Shown here piece after piece: positions 39,067 through 52,100 of a stretch of 64,000 bases of DNA (positions are counted from its first letter, which is position 1; every line of letters begins with the position of its first letter). The notes below the pieces were generated by a model that was given only the letters and a program-made list of their open reading frames with translations, did not search any database and was not told where the DNA came from. A program made the position numbers and the translations under genes. This stretch comes from Mobula hypostoma (taxonomy: Eukaryota): positions 36,704,001 to 36,768,000 of the forward strand of contig NC_086106.1 in NCBI RefSeq assembly GCF_963921235.1, written 5' to 3'.

Positions 39067-41405
39067 TTACGTTATTTTACATATTATATAAAGTGGATAT
39101 TTCACCGCGTTCTTTAACTGCTTTCTGAAACTACTCTGAGTTACCGCGTATATAAAGGTATTAGTACAAGAATTCAATAACAGCACTTTCTCGTAGAATA
39201 AATTTGGGATCGTTGTAGCCGGCAATTTGATTATTAATCGTAAAACGCTTATAAATAAATTGTACAACGTTTGTCATCCACAAGAGGATGAAAGTACCCG
39301 AGATAGTAAACAGTAAAACGATGGATTTCCTCCGGTTGTCGATCTCTGGGTCACCTTGTTTCTCTCCATTGCCATGCACACGAAGCCTCCTGCGAGCTTT
39401 ACTGGCTACTAGGATGTACCTGACGGTCAGAGCATTGAACAGGAGTATCAGAAAGAACGGAGCGAACGGGGTCAAAATACGGTCGAACCAGTCGAATGCT
39501 CTCCACAAGGCAGAAGTATAACGGATTTCCTTCATTCTGCAAAACCAGGGAACATCACTGATCACAAACATAGGTTCGTGTATAAAATACCAGGGTACGC
39601 TTTTCAAACTTCCGAAAACACTAATCGTTCCTATAACCACAACCGCCGTCTTCTCGATGCAGTATTTTGTTTTCAGCTTTTGGCAGCAAATGGCCACAAA
39701 TCGATCAAAAGTGAAAGCGACTGTCAACCAAACGGAGCTGTCCCTGGTTGAATAAATTAAAGCAATGGTGAGACTACATACGGGTGTAATGGATAGAAAG
39801 CTATTCGGGAAATAAATACCGGGAATCCTATTTAATAAAACAGCCGTGATAATAACTAGGAGGTCGGTCGCCGCCATTGAGAGCAGATACTTCGTTATAC
39901 ACCGGGAGAGACCACATCTTCCTTTGCAAAGGATCACAATCGCCATTAAGTTAGCTACAATAAAAGAGAAAGACAGAATAGTATGATGTGGAATAAGCAC
40001 CTCAATGATATAGTGCAATGATAAATATATTACGCAAAGATACAAATATCGGCGATGTAGATTTTGGCGAACGAAAATAAGCGTTTACATTTATAATGAT
40101 ATGCACAAAGATTAAAAGTCTCGATTCTAAATACTTCAATATGGTCAGTTTTCCATGTTCAATAACCTGTCAGTACTCTTCACCCGTACTGTCATTTAAG
40201 GAATTGAGAAATTGCGGGATGGTCGGCTGGATTGCGGAGGGAGAGGACAGACAGAAATTGATTAATGGAATAAAATCAGTCGGATAAACTGTGCTTTACG
40301 TTAATTGCGAGTCACAATTTCTCAACGAACTTCCATACGATACAAAATATAAAATGTCATTATTATAACTTGAATTTATTAATATAAAACGAAATTTTCG
40401 TTGTTATTTTGGTTAGATTGTCGCCATCATCGATAAATTGACGTATTACTAAACCCGGGCTATCCATAATTGTTACAACCAATCCCGTTGTGATGAATTC
40501 CAAACCAAATCGATGAAAACAATCATTTCGTTTACTTCCGCAGCTGCTATTGTGATAAAGCTACATTTGGATATAACCTTCAAAAATGATGCTGAGAGAC
40601 ATTCAGAAACAAAGCGACAGCGCGCAAGACATTCTTCAAGAAAATATTTTTAAGAGCGTCGCAGATCTTCCCCGTGACTAAGTTGGTTTCCTCCCGGTGC
40701 TCCAATTTTCAAAAACATGCAGGTTAGTGGATTAATGGGGTATTTTAACTTGCCTCTATTCTGTCGCTAAATACCCTTTCCATTTCATTTTCCCACTCAG
40801 ACCCGATGTGCATTGCATATAGTACGACCCAATTCACAGCGCGTCTCTATATATTTAAAAGTGCATTGACATGCTACTTTACATTTCGCCCAATTCGTAA
40901 TCACAAGTAGGAAGAAAAAGATCCCGTGACTGGAATTATCAAAATATTTTCAGAACAATAAGTAAAATTATAAGCATTTCAACATAGCTTAAAGTAGAAA
41001 CTGCTTTGATTGCCAAAATGTTGTTTTTCTTCTCGTCTCTATGTTGTTGGATGAGTTCGGACAGAATCTGCCGGACACTTACGCAGGCAAAATTGCAGAT
41101 ATATTTTAAACGATTATTATGAGGTCTATGAACTGGCCCCTTTCCTTCCCACTGCGTCTTATCTCCGCGTTCACTTCGTGAAAGTAAATCAAGTCAATTA
41201 ATACTGAGGTACAAATAACAATTCGCGTCATCCATAAACGCAGCCACCAAACAACGGAATCTGGAAGGAGCCAAACAATGGACTCTGGAATAAAGAGTAT
41301 TCAGTACGGAGTAATATCCTGCTGAAAAGTTTCACCTGGAATAGCGCAAACTGCAAGGGCAGTGTAATAAACAGCGTACACTGGCCCTCTCGGCGGGGCG
41401 TGCAT
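39067..41405 (-). pseudogene. GPR139-like GPCR A2 (exon 1 41405-41336, exon 2 39954-39067), frameshifted in TM7
   Basis: Both exons and splice sites are present. Exon 2 is 888 nt versus 899 in A1 and A3: an 11-nt deletion at ~39181 gives ...ESAVIEFLY* and loses NTFIY and helix 8. The TATA box is changed to TATATGAC. Confidence 0.82.
40665..40760 (+). mobile_element. V-SINE (HE1-like) remnant in the intron of the A genes (paralog ~57830-57915)
   Basis: cccgtgact...ggtttcctcccggtgctcc...caggttagtggattaat resembles the V-domain. Confidence 0.5.
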
Positions 41406-41799
41406 CTGTGCGAGCGAGTCTGTTCGGAATCGCACATACATTCAATCTAATTGACATTCACACGATCCGTCATATACATTTATAGTGGATAAGTCCACCT
41501 ACCGAGCACAATTCCTGACAAGTACAATTAGAAAATAGCTTAATTTATCCATTAAAGTCTTCCAAACATCTGAGTACACTTTTGTTATTTATATTCATTG
41601 AACAAAGATAGTATAGCAATTAATCTGAGTTTCAATTTCCATGCATAAAAATGTATCAAACTGAATAACATGCTCATTTAAAAGGATATTCACAAATGTC
41701 TGACTATCTATCTATGTATATCTATATGCAGTACGTCCTCGTTATCCTTACCAAGATTTATCACTTTGCATTGAAAGTACATTGAATTTCACTCATCAC

Positions 41800-42232
41800 T
41801 CCTACTTTTTTTCCAAATTAAGAGTGGTTCTATGGATCCTTCGGTTAAATTTGAAAAAACTTGGAGGCCATTTATTCAATATTTTCTTATGATGTAAGTT
41901 GACCCTTTCTGAATCCTTTGTAGTAATTTTTGTGTTCATGTATAGAGGAGCGGAGTTAACGACAATTAATAATTTTAGCCGATGTAATATGACAGCCCAA
42001 GCTCTCCTTTTTTTAGTTTACTTTTTCTTTAGTTTAGGGTGTTTTCTTTTTTCTCTTTATAAAATATCTTTTCCATGATTAGTTACTTGAGATTGGGAGG
42101 CTGAACTATATTTGTTACTTGGAATCTATGCTTGTTCATATTAACTGTTATTATTGTAACCCCGATCTCTATGTACCATTACTATTATTGTTATGTTTAA
42201 TTTTGAAACTTAGTAAAAAGATTGAAAAGAAA
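41800..42232 (+). mobile_element. L1/Tx1-clade LINE 3' end with a 16-bp TSD
   Basis: TSD GAATTTCACTCATCAC at 41784-41799 and 42233-42248; ORF2 end KFEKTWRPFIQYFLMM*; A-rich tail; empty site at ~58896. Confidence 0.8.
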
Positions 42233-43328
42233 GAATTTCACTCATCACACAATACCGTCCACATTCAATTGAAGTCTCACTTCTCCCCGCTCTTTAGCAT
42301 AATTTCAACTTTTGCCACATCTGCATAGTTTCAAGTGTTTCCGTCTACATTCATGTTCTAAAGTCATCTTTGGGAAAGCAATACTTTACCATTGACCGCT
42401 GGGAAACATGGCTTGACATTTCTCGTATATCAAGGCAACCTTCGCTTCGTTGCTCTAAAATGTCACTGGCAGGGTTTATGTTGACTAGACCTGAGATATT
42501 TCATGCTTTGCTGGAGCTTCTGCATGACGGTAACTAGATTTGGTAGTCATTATCTGATGCTGCCTATTTTATCTGAACACATGGTAGAGAAGAGAAACCC
42601 ATATAATGCAATGGGCGTCTATCTTCGACGCGAATCCAATTCTGCATTTTCTTATCACAATCCAGTGGCGTATAACTTTTCCAAAAATCTTGTCCAGGTT
42701 TCCCTTTGACGCATCTTCGAGATAATGCAAATCCGTTGTCTATCTAGTCTAATTAGTTCTAACCAGTGTTTCGAAACTAGGATATAACAGGTGCAGTTGA
42801 TCATGCGTAATGTTTTACGTCATGTTACAGACAATGTTTGCACCAAAAAATTAATATTTCATGGCGTGGCAATTAGTTCAGATTGCACAAATGTGTTATC
42901 CATGTGGAAAGAAACAGAAGCAACAGTGTCACGTTTCTTCACAAAGTGTGCTGCCATGTTGCGGCCGCCCGCCAGCACAGAACGAATGATATGTCTGTCC
43001 AGATATAGCGGGCGTACGTGAACAAAGTTACCTGGAGCGCAACTGAAGTCTTTGCTATATATATAACTCCCTTTCTCTTGAGGTTAGAAATATGAGGTCG
43101 TCTTTTAACGAAAAGGGGCCTTGACAGAGTAGATACAGAGCTAATCTTTCCACTTGTGGGGATAAGCCTGAGCAAAGGGCACCAATATAAAGCAGTCAGC
43201 AAGAAATCAACACAAGGAGTGGTGTGAATCTCAGCCTTATTAACGTGGCGCCTTGCCAAACGCTTAAGGGACAAGTATTGCGTTAATGCAAAGAGATGAG
43301 AAAGTCAGCATGAGGCTTGAATATATGA

Positions 43329-43574
43329 TATCCATGGAGAGGTTGTAACGTGGATTCGAAACTGGTTGTTATCCATGGACAGGTTGTAAACTGGATTAGA
43401 AATTGGCTGTTATCCATGGAGAGGTTGTACACTGGATTCGAAATTGGCTGTTATCCATGGACAGGTTGTAAACTGGATTCGAAATTGGCTGTTATCCATG
43501 GACAGATTGTAAACTGGATTCGAAATTGGCTGTTATCCATGGAGAGGTTGTAAACTGGATTCGAAATTGGCTGT
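43329..43574 (+). repeat. Six 41-bp tandem repeats derived from CR1 RT sequence
   Basis: Unit tatccatgga(g/c)aggttgtaaactggattcgaaattggctgt at 43329, 43370, 43411, 43452, 43493 and 43534. Confidence 0.92.
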
Positions 43575-44049
43575 GTGAGAGCAGACAGAGTGTGGTAGTG
43601 GATGATTGCTTCTCAGACTGGAGGCCTGTGACTAGTTGTGTGCCTCAGGGATCTGTGCTGGGACCATTGTTGTTTGTTGTCTATCAATGATCTAGATGAT
43701 AATGTGGTGAATTGGATCAGCAAGTTTGCTGATAACACTAAGATCAGAGGCGTTGTGGACAGCGAGGAGGGCTTTCAAAGCTTGCAGAGGGATCTGGACC
43801 AACTGGAAAAATGGGACAGAAAATGGCAGATGGAATTAAATGCAGGCAAGTGTGGGGTGTTGCATTTTGGAAGGACAAATCAAAACACAGTAGGACATAC
43901 ACAGTAAATGGTGGAAAACTGAGGAGTGCGGAGGAACAAAGGGATCTGGGATTTCAGATACAAAGTTCCCTGAAAGTGGCGTCACAGGTAGACAAGGTTG
44001 TAAAGAAGACTTTTGGCATCCTGGCATTCATAAATCAAAGTATTGAGTA
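43534..44049 (+). mobile_element. CR1 RT fragment
   Basis: VVNWIRNWL...VPQGSVLGP...KFADNTK...QMELNAGKC; truncated at 44049. Confidence 0.85.
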
Positions 44050-44990
44050 TGTCATGATATCCGAATTCTGGTTGACGGTCCGGCTCATCGATCCTTATTT
44101 CGGGTTTTCCTGTTTTCCCTTGTTCCATTGGGTGCATTAATTGAGGCGTTTGATTCTCGTTTTGGGCTGGTACTTAAATACCTCTGCAAACAAAGGATTC
44201 CCTGCTAGACTGTTCCCTTCCCCTCCCTTCCGAATCCCCGATGGTTACCTCGCCTGCAACCTTCGTCTGCCACTTCGTCAAGTATCCTCGGCAAGTATCT
44301 TCTGCAGTTACTTGGACAGTTACCTCGGCAAATATCCTCGGCAGTCATCCCGGCCCTGCGTCCTAAAGAGGGTTCCGGCCCTGCGTTCTGGAAAGCACCC
44401 CGGCCCTGCGTTCTGGAAAGCACCCCGGCCCTGCGTCCTATAAAGGCCTCGGTGTCTCCGAGCCCAAGCAGGAATCCCGGATCCGTACCCTAGTGCCTAA
44501 CTTAGCCAAGTCCAAGAGCCGAGCCAAATCTAGTTCAAGAGCCACGTCCTGCCCTGGAGTTTCCTCGTCCTGTGCTGGAGTTCCTCGTCCTGTACAGGAG
44601 TTCCCTCCCCCAGCCCTGGAGTTCCCTCGCCCAGCCCAGGAGTACCTCGCCCAGCCTGGTGCTCAAGTTCCCTCGTCCTGTCCAGTAGTTCCCTCGTCCT
44701 GTCCAGGAGTTCCCTCGTCCTGTCCAGGAGTTCCATCGTCCTGTCCAGGTGTTTCTCGTCCTGTCCAGGAGTCCCTTGTCTAGTCCATACCACGTCCAAG
44801 AACCTCGTCTAGTCCAAGCCTAGTTCAAGAACCTCGATATGTCCAAGTCAAGGCTTTGTGTTCTCGTCCTGTCCATATGCCTCCTCCTATGCAGGAGTTC
44901 CACGTCCAGTTCTGTAGCCTAGCCACGTCCAGTCCTGCAGCCACGTCTTGTCCTCGCCTAGATCCGGGGTCCGAGCCCGTCAAGACCCAG
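44050..44990 (+). mobile_element. LTR-like fragment containing 25-bp and 21-bp tandem repeats
   Basis: Starts TGTCATGA; 25-bp ccggccctgcgttctggaaagcacc repeat at 44350-44440; ~21-bp ggagttccctcgtcctgtcca repeat at 44556-44770; no 3' terminus. Confidence 0.5.
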
Positions 44991-45244
44991 GATTCAAGGA
45001 TAAAAGGTGGTAACATTTCCATGGGTGCAGAATATGCGGGAGATGTCCTCAACGAATCCTTTGCTTTGGTATTTTCCAAGGAGAAGGATATAGATGGTAG
45101 AGAGATCAGTGTCGAGAGTAATAATATGCGATGTAAATGAGGAGTTCTCGATGGGTCCCTTAAAGAGCATTAGGGTATGTAAGTCTCCAGTCCATTATAT
45201 AGATATATAGCCCAGGTTATTGAGAGAGGGAAGAGAAGTAATTG

Positions 45245-48200
45245 ACAATGGCCAATAGACAACAGACAATAGGTTCAGGAGTAGGCCATTCGGCCCTTCC
45301 AGTCAGCACCGCCATTCACTGTGATCATGGCTGATCATCCACTATCAGTATCAAGTTCCTGCCTTATCCCCATAACCTTTGATTCCTCTATCTTTAAGAG
45401 CTATATTCATCTCTTTTTTGAAAGCATCCAGAGACTTCGCCTCCACAGCCTTCTGGGGCAGAGCATTCCATATATCCACCACTCTCTGGGGGGTGAAAAA
45501 GTTTTTCCTCAACTCCGTTCTAAATGGCCTACCCCTTATTCTTAAAATGTGGCCTCTGGTTCTGGACTCACCCATCAGCGGGAACATGCTTCCTGCCTGC
45601 AGTGTGTCCAATCCCTTAATAATCTTATATGTTTCAATAAGATCCCCTCTCAGCCTTCTAAATTCCAGAGTATACAGGCCCAGTCGCTCCAATCTTTCGA
45701 CATATGACAGTCCCGCCATCCCGGGAATTAACCTTGTGAACCTATGCTGCACTCCCTCAATAGCAAGAATGTCCTTCCTCAAATTTGGAGACCAAAACTG
45801 CACACAGTACTCCAGGTGTTGTCTCACCAGGACCCTGTACAGCTGCAGAAGGACCTCTTTGCTCTTATACTCAATTCCGCTTGTTATGAATGCTAGCATG
45901 CCATTAGATTTCTTCATTGCCTGCTGTACTTGCATGCTTGCTTTCAGTGACTGATGTACAAGAACACCTAGATCTCGTTGTGCTTCCCCTTTTCCTAACT
46001 TGACTCCATTTAGATAATAATCTGCCTCCCTGTTCTTACCACCAAAGTGGATAACCATCTGCCCACTCAGCCAGCCTGTCCTCATAACATTCTCTTCACA
46101 TTTCACACAGCCACCCAGCTTTGTGTCATCGGCAAATTTGCTAATGTTACTTTTAATTCCCTCATCTAAATCATTAATATATATTGTAAACAGCTGCGGT
46201 CCCCAGAACTGAACCCTGCGGTACCCCACTGGTCACCGCTTGCCATTCTGAAAGGGACCCATTAATCACTACACTTTGTTTTCTGTAAGCCAGCCAATTT
46301 TCAATCCATGTCAGTACTCTACCCCCAATACCATGTGCTCTATTTTTGCCCACTAATCACCTATGTGGGACTTTATCTAAGGCTTTCTGAAAGTCCAGGT
46401 GCACTACATCCACTGGCTCTCCCTTGTCCATTTTCATAGTTATATCCTCAAAATATTCCAGAAGATTAGTCAAGCACGATTTCCCCTTCGTAAATCCATG
46501 CTGACTCGGACCAATCCTGTTACTACTATCCAGATGTGTCGTAATTTCATCTTTTATAATTGATTCCAGCATCGTTCCCACCAGCGACATCAGGCTAACC
46601 GGTCTATAATTCCTTGTTTTCTCTCTTCCTCCCTTCTTGAAGAGAGGAACAACATTAGCCACCCTCCAATCCACAGAAACTGATCCTGAATCTATAGAAC
46701 ATTGGAAAATGATTACCAATGCGTCCACGATGTCTAAAGCCACCTCCTTAAGTACCCTGGGATGCAGGGTATCAGGTCCCGGGGACTTATCATCCTTCAG
46801 ACCCAACAGCCTATCCAACACCATTTCCTGCCTAAAATAAATTTCCTTCAATTCATCCATTACCCTAGGTCCTTTGGCCACTATTACATCTGGGGGATTG
46901 TTTGTGTCTTCTCTAGTGAAGACAGTTCCAAAGTACCTGTTCAACTCGTCTGCCATTTCATTGTTCCCCATAATAAATTCACCCGCTTCTGTCTTCAAGG
47001 GCCCAATTTTGGTCTGAACTATTTTTTCCCTTTTCACATACCTAAAGAAGCTTTTACTATCCTCCTTTATATTCTTGGCTAGTTTACGGGCGTACCTCAG
47101 TTTTTCTCCGCGTATTGCCTTTCTAGTTACCTTCTGTCGCTCTTTAAAATCTTCCTAATCCTCCGGCTTCCCACTCGTCTTTGCTATGTTGTACTTCTTC
47201 TCTTTTATTTTTATACTGTCCATTACTTCCCTTGTCAGCCACGGCCTCCCCTTACTCCCCTTAGGATCTTTCTTCCTCTTTGGAATGAACTGATCCTGCA
47301 CCTTCCACATTATTCCCAGAAACACTTGCCATTGCTGTTCCACTGTCATCCCTGCTAGGGTAATGTTCCATTGAACTTTAGTCAGCTACTCCCTCATAGC
47401 ACCATAGTTCCCTTTGTTCAACTGTAATACTGACACTTCCGAGTTTCCCTTCTCCCTCTCAAATTGTAGATTAAAACTTATCATATTATGGTCACTACTT
47501 CCTAATGGCTCCTTTACCTCGAGGTCCCTGATCAAATCCGGTTCATTGCACAACACTAGATCTAGAATTGCGTTCTCTCTGGTCGGCTTCAGTACAAGCT
47601 GTTCTTAGAATCCATCTCGGAGGGACTCCACAAACTCCCTTTCTTGGGGTCCAGTATCAACCTGATTCCTTGAGTCTACCTGCATGTTGAAAACCCCCAT
47701 AACAACTGTAGCATTACCTTTGCGACATGCCAATTTTAACTCTTGATTCAACTTATACCCTACATCCAGACTACTGTTTGGCGGCCTGTAGATAACTCCC
47801 ATTAAGGTCTTTCTACCCTTAGAATTTCTCAGTTCTATCCATACTGACTCTACGTCTCCTGATTCCATGTCCTCCCTCGCAAGGGACTGAATATCATTCC
47901 TCACCAACAGAACCACCCAACTCCCTCTGCCCATCAGTCTGTCCTTTCGATAGGACGTATACCCGTGAATATTCATTTCCCAGGCCCTGTCCACTTGAAG
48001 CCATGTCTCTGTTATTCCCAGAACATCGTACTTACCAATTTCCAACTGTGCCTCAAGCACATCCACTTTATTTCTTATACTCCGTGCATCCATATACAAT
48101 ACTTGTAATGCATTACTCCCCTCACCTCCCATATCAGTTCCTATTTCACTTGGCCATACTGTACAATCCCTTCTTGAGCTTTCTGCTCTGTTGATTCTGC

Positions 48201-49023
48201 TGTCTTTCTTAACTTTTCTTATTCTCACTTTCCCTTTATCTCCATCCTTATGTTTCCAGTTCGTCCGCTCCCTCCCCCCACCCACTACTTAGTTTAAACA
48301 CACCCGTGTTGCAGAGGCAAACCTGCCTGCCAGAATGCTGGTGCCCCGCTAATTAAGGTGCAACCCATCCCTTTTGTACAATTCATCCTTACCCCGAAAC
48401 ATACCCCAGTGGTCCAGGAATGTAAATCCTTGCTTCCTGCACCAGTTCCTCAGCCACACATTGAGATCCATTATCTCCATGTTCTTGACCACTCCAGCAC
48501 GGGGAACCGGATGTTCACTTTCACTTTTGAGGATTCCCAGCAATCGGTCCGTGACATCCTGGATCCCAGCACCAGGAAAGCAACACACCATCCTTAAATC
48601 TCGCCTGTTGCCACAGAAACCCCTTTCTGTACCTCTCACTATGCAGTCCCCTCCTACCACGGTTCTGCCTGGCGTCTGTCTCCTCGGCTTTGCCTCAGCA
48701 CCAATTGTTGACTCGCAGACCCGTCCGTCTCTCAGACTGGCAGTGTCTTCTGTCCCGACAGCTTCCAAAAGTGACAACCTGTTTACGAGAGGCACATCTC
48801 CCGGGGTCTCCTGTACTTCAAGCATCCTTTCCTTGCTCATCGTCGTCCTCCTTCTCTCTTCCTGTATCCTGGGTGTAACGATCACACTGTAGGTCCTGTC
48901 CAGAAAACTCTCGTTCTCCCGGATTAACCTAACGTCGTCCAGTTGCCTCTCCAGTGCTGCAACACGGTCCTTCAGAAGCTGAATCTGGACGCATTTTCCG
49001 CAGGTATAGGATCCAGAGGAACT
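45245..49023 (-). mobile_element. Near-full-length CR1 LINE (ORF1 plus EN/RT ORF2, several frameshifts)
   Basis: ORF1 (YTCGKC, GDCIVRG), EN (LYMDARSIRNK, GITETWL, IYRPP), RT; tail at 45245-45270; TSD ATTG; empty site at ~12398. Confidence 0.92.
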
Positions 49024-49199
49024 ATTGCTGGAGCCTCGACTAACATCTGAGTGGTAGCACAAGAAAAAGCAGTGATTTCATTTACTTCCAAGGCTGAAGT
49101 GTAAAAAGGCAGCACCTCGCGGCAGTTGTCATAGTTAGATTGTGCCGAATCAGTGAACGGATTCATTTGAAAGGTTGAATAAAGATAGGCAGGGGCAAG

Positions 49200-52100
49200 C
49201 GGAGCGGCCATTGTGCGAATAGGCCAGTGTTGGAGTGACTCTGTTTCATCAGGCTTAGACGACGTAAATAGCTGATAAGTTTCTTGTTCTTCCTCTGTAT
49301 TCTTCGTTCTTCATTTCTTAAGGCACAGTTAGTGCAGTAAGAATGACTGTAGCAGCCGTGATTTGTTTAGCGTGAGACGTGGGGATGGTGGGAGATGTCT
49401 GGTCTCCCAGTAAACCACATCTGCACTAGGTGCACCAAGCTGTAGCACCTCAGCAAACGTGTTAAGGAACTGCAGCTGCAGCTTGATAACCTTCGGCTCC
49501 TATGGCAAACCGAGGGAGTGAAAGATAAGATCTGGAAGGAGGTAGTAACTTCTAGGTTGCAAGAAACATGTAACTTGATGACTTCAGGAGAAGCAAGGGA
49601 AATATGTAACCAGTGCAAAGTACTCCTGTGTCTGTAACCCTCAATAATAAGTATACTACTTTGGATATTGTTGAGAGGACGACCTGCCGGGGAGAGCGGC
49701 AGCAATTGTGTCTCTGGTGCTGAGTGTGGAACTCTGGCTCAGAAGAGTAGAGAGGTGAAGAGAACTGCAGTAATGATAGGAGATTCCATGGTCAGTGAAA
49801 TACAGAAAATATTCTGTGGATGTGATCGAGACAGCCGGATAGTCTGTTGGCTTCCAGGTGCCAGGGTCATTGATTTCGCGGATCGGGTCCAAAGGTGGTG
49901 GGGGGTGGGGGGGCGGAGGATGACGGCGGAGTGAGCAGCCAGAATCCTTGGTACACGTTGGCATTAATGACATAGGTAAGAAAGGTGAGGGAGTCCTAAT
50001 GAGAGATTTGAAGGAGCAAGGTAAAAAGCTAAAAAGCAGGACATCCAGGGTAGTAATCTCTAGATTGCTGTCTGTGCCCATTGAGTTCAGAATACAATGA
50101 TTTGGCAGATGAATGCTGAGGAACCGGTGCAGGGGCGTGAGTTCAGAGTTATGGATCATTGGCATCTCTTTAGGAGTAGATACAACCTGTGCGAAAGGGA
50201 TGTGTTTCATCTGAATCCGAGGGAGACCAGTATCCTTTCTGGCAGGTTTGCTCGAGCTGTCGGGAGAGTTTAAACTAATTTTGCGGGAGGATAGTAGCGG
50301 GAGTGTTAGAATTGAGGATGGGGTAGTTGGATTACAAATAGAAGCAGAGTGTAGTGAATATGCTAGAAAGGAGAGGCTAATGATAGAGCAAAAACGCAGT
50401 GAACAAGAGAAGTTGCAATATAAAAGGGGGTCAAAACCGAAAAGGGCGACGACTACAGGACTAAATGTGATATATCTGAATGCACGGAGTATACCAAATA
50501 GGGAACACCATCTTGTAGCCCAGTTACAGACAGGCTTGTGTGATGTTGTGGGCAGCACTGAATCGTGGCTGATAGAAAATTATAGCTGACAGTTTAACGT
50601 CCACCAATGCATACTTTATCGATAGGACAGACAATACGAGGAGGAAGCGCGGTGGGTCTGTTGGTTAAAAAAAAATCAAATTAAGAGAAAGAGATGGTAT
50701 AAGATCAGATGGGGTATAATTGCTAGGAAAATGTAATTGTAAAAAGATCCTGATGGGAATTATATACAGACTTCCAAACAACAGTAACGATGTGGCTACA
50801 AGTTACTACGGAGATAGAAAATGCATCTGAAAAGAGCAATGTTACAATAGCCATGGGGGATTTGAATATGCTGGTAAATTGTGTGTGTTGGGGGGGGGGA
50901 TGAAGATGACGCCAGTGAAGAATGTAACCAAGGGCGAAATCCTCCAGGCGATGCAAATAACTTTCTTCAGTTCTTTCATATCTTTTTCGGCTTTCAAGGT
51001 TGCTTCTGCTACTGTGGAATCCGTGATCTACATTTTGGTGGCTGAATGGACGATGTGGCACCTTGCAGTCTCCGAGTGTGTTCCGTGAGGTTTCGGGTGA
51101 AGTGTGCGGACAGGAATCCAAGAACCCTGGAGAGAGCGCGCAATCTCTTGATTGACTCCATTTCTCTCGGATCCATCTGATTAAAGCGTCGAGAAGATCT
51201 GAAGTAAAAGAAGCGAGAGTGGTCGGCGAGCGAGTATTCTGCGCTGTCTACCAGCCTCTCGGTCTCTGCTGGTGGCGGATGGTGTCTAGGTGTGACAGTC
51301 TCTGCTTCCCTCTCGCTTGCTGCTCCCGCAGGAAGATGTCTGCGTTCGAGTGGTCTCTTTCTCCCTCGATGCTGTCAGAGGATGCTGCCTGAGTTCTGGT
51401 CTTGGACAAGGTTTAATCGGTGCAGTTTATGGATTGGACACTGGTTCGTGATGTGATGCGTTTCTGGTTTCTGGGCACTCATGTTTTGTTGTTGTTCTTC
51501 TTCTGTGCGATTTTGATTAAGGCAGCCTGTGGCCTGTGGCCTGCAGTGTATTGAGCTGGGCCGAACTGAGTAGAATGTGCTTGTGCTCCTTCGATTACCT
51601 TTTTGAGTTGTTGGGTTATGTAAGGTGTTATCCCTTGTCTGTTTTTTTGCCGTTTGTATTATATTTTTGAACGTTTGGTATTGGCGCTATTATTTGAACC
51701 AGTTCCATGTATTTTCTTTCACATTTTTTCGTGACTGTCTGTGGGAAGACGAATCTCAAGGTTGTATACCGCTTACATACTTTGATAATAAATGTACCTT
51801 GAATCCTTGAATCAAGATGGTACTGAATCCCAGGAGAGGAGATTTTATAGAACGCCGACAATATGTCGTTTCAGAGCAATTCATGGTTGAGCCCACATGG
51901 GGACCAGCTATTCTGGATTGAGTGTTGCGCAATGAACTGGAATTGAATAGAGAGCTTAAGCTAAAGGAAGCCTTTGGGGACAGTGATCTTAATATGAAGG
52001 AATTCACCCTGCAATTTCAGAAGGAGAAGCCAAAGTCAGAAGTATCATTATTAGGGGGGAGTAAGAAGGAATTACAGAGGCATGAGAGAGGAGTTGACCA

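Noticed and set aside
43329-43574. CRISPR-like array
   Set aside because: Units abut with no unique spacers, derive from CR1 RT sequence, and the DNA is vertebrate.
44493-44799. Pro/Ser-rich repetitive ORFs
   Set aside because: Produced by a 21-bp tandem repeat inside an LTR-like fragment.
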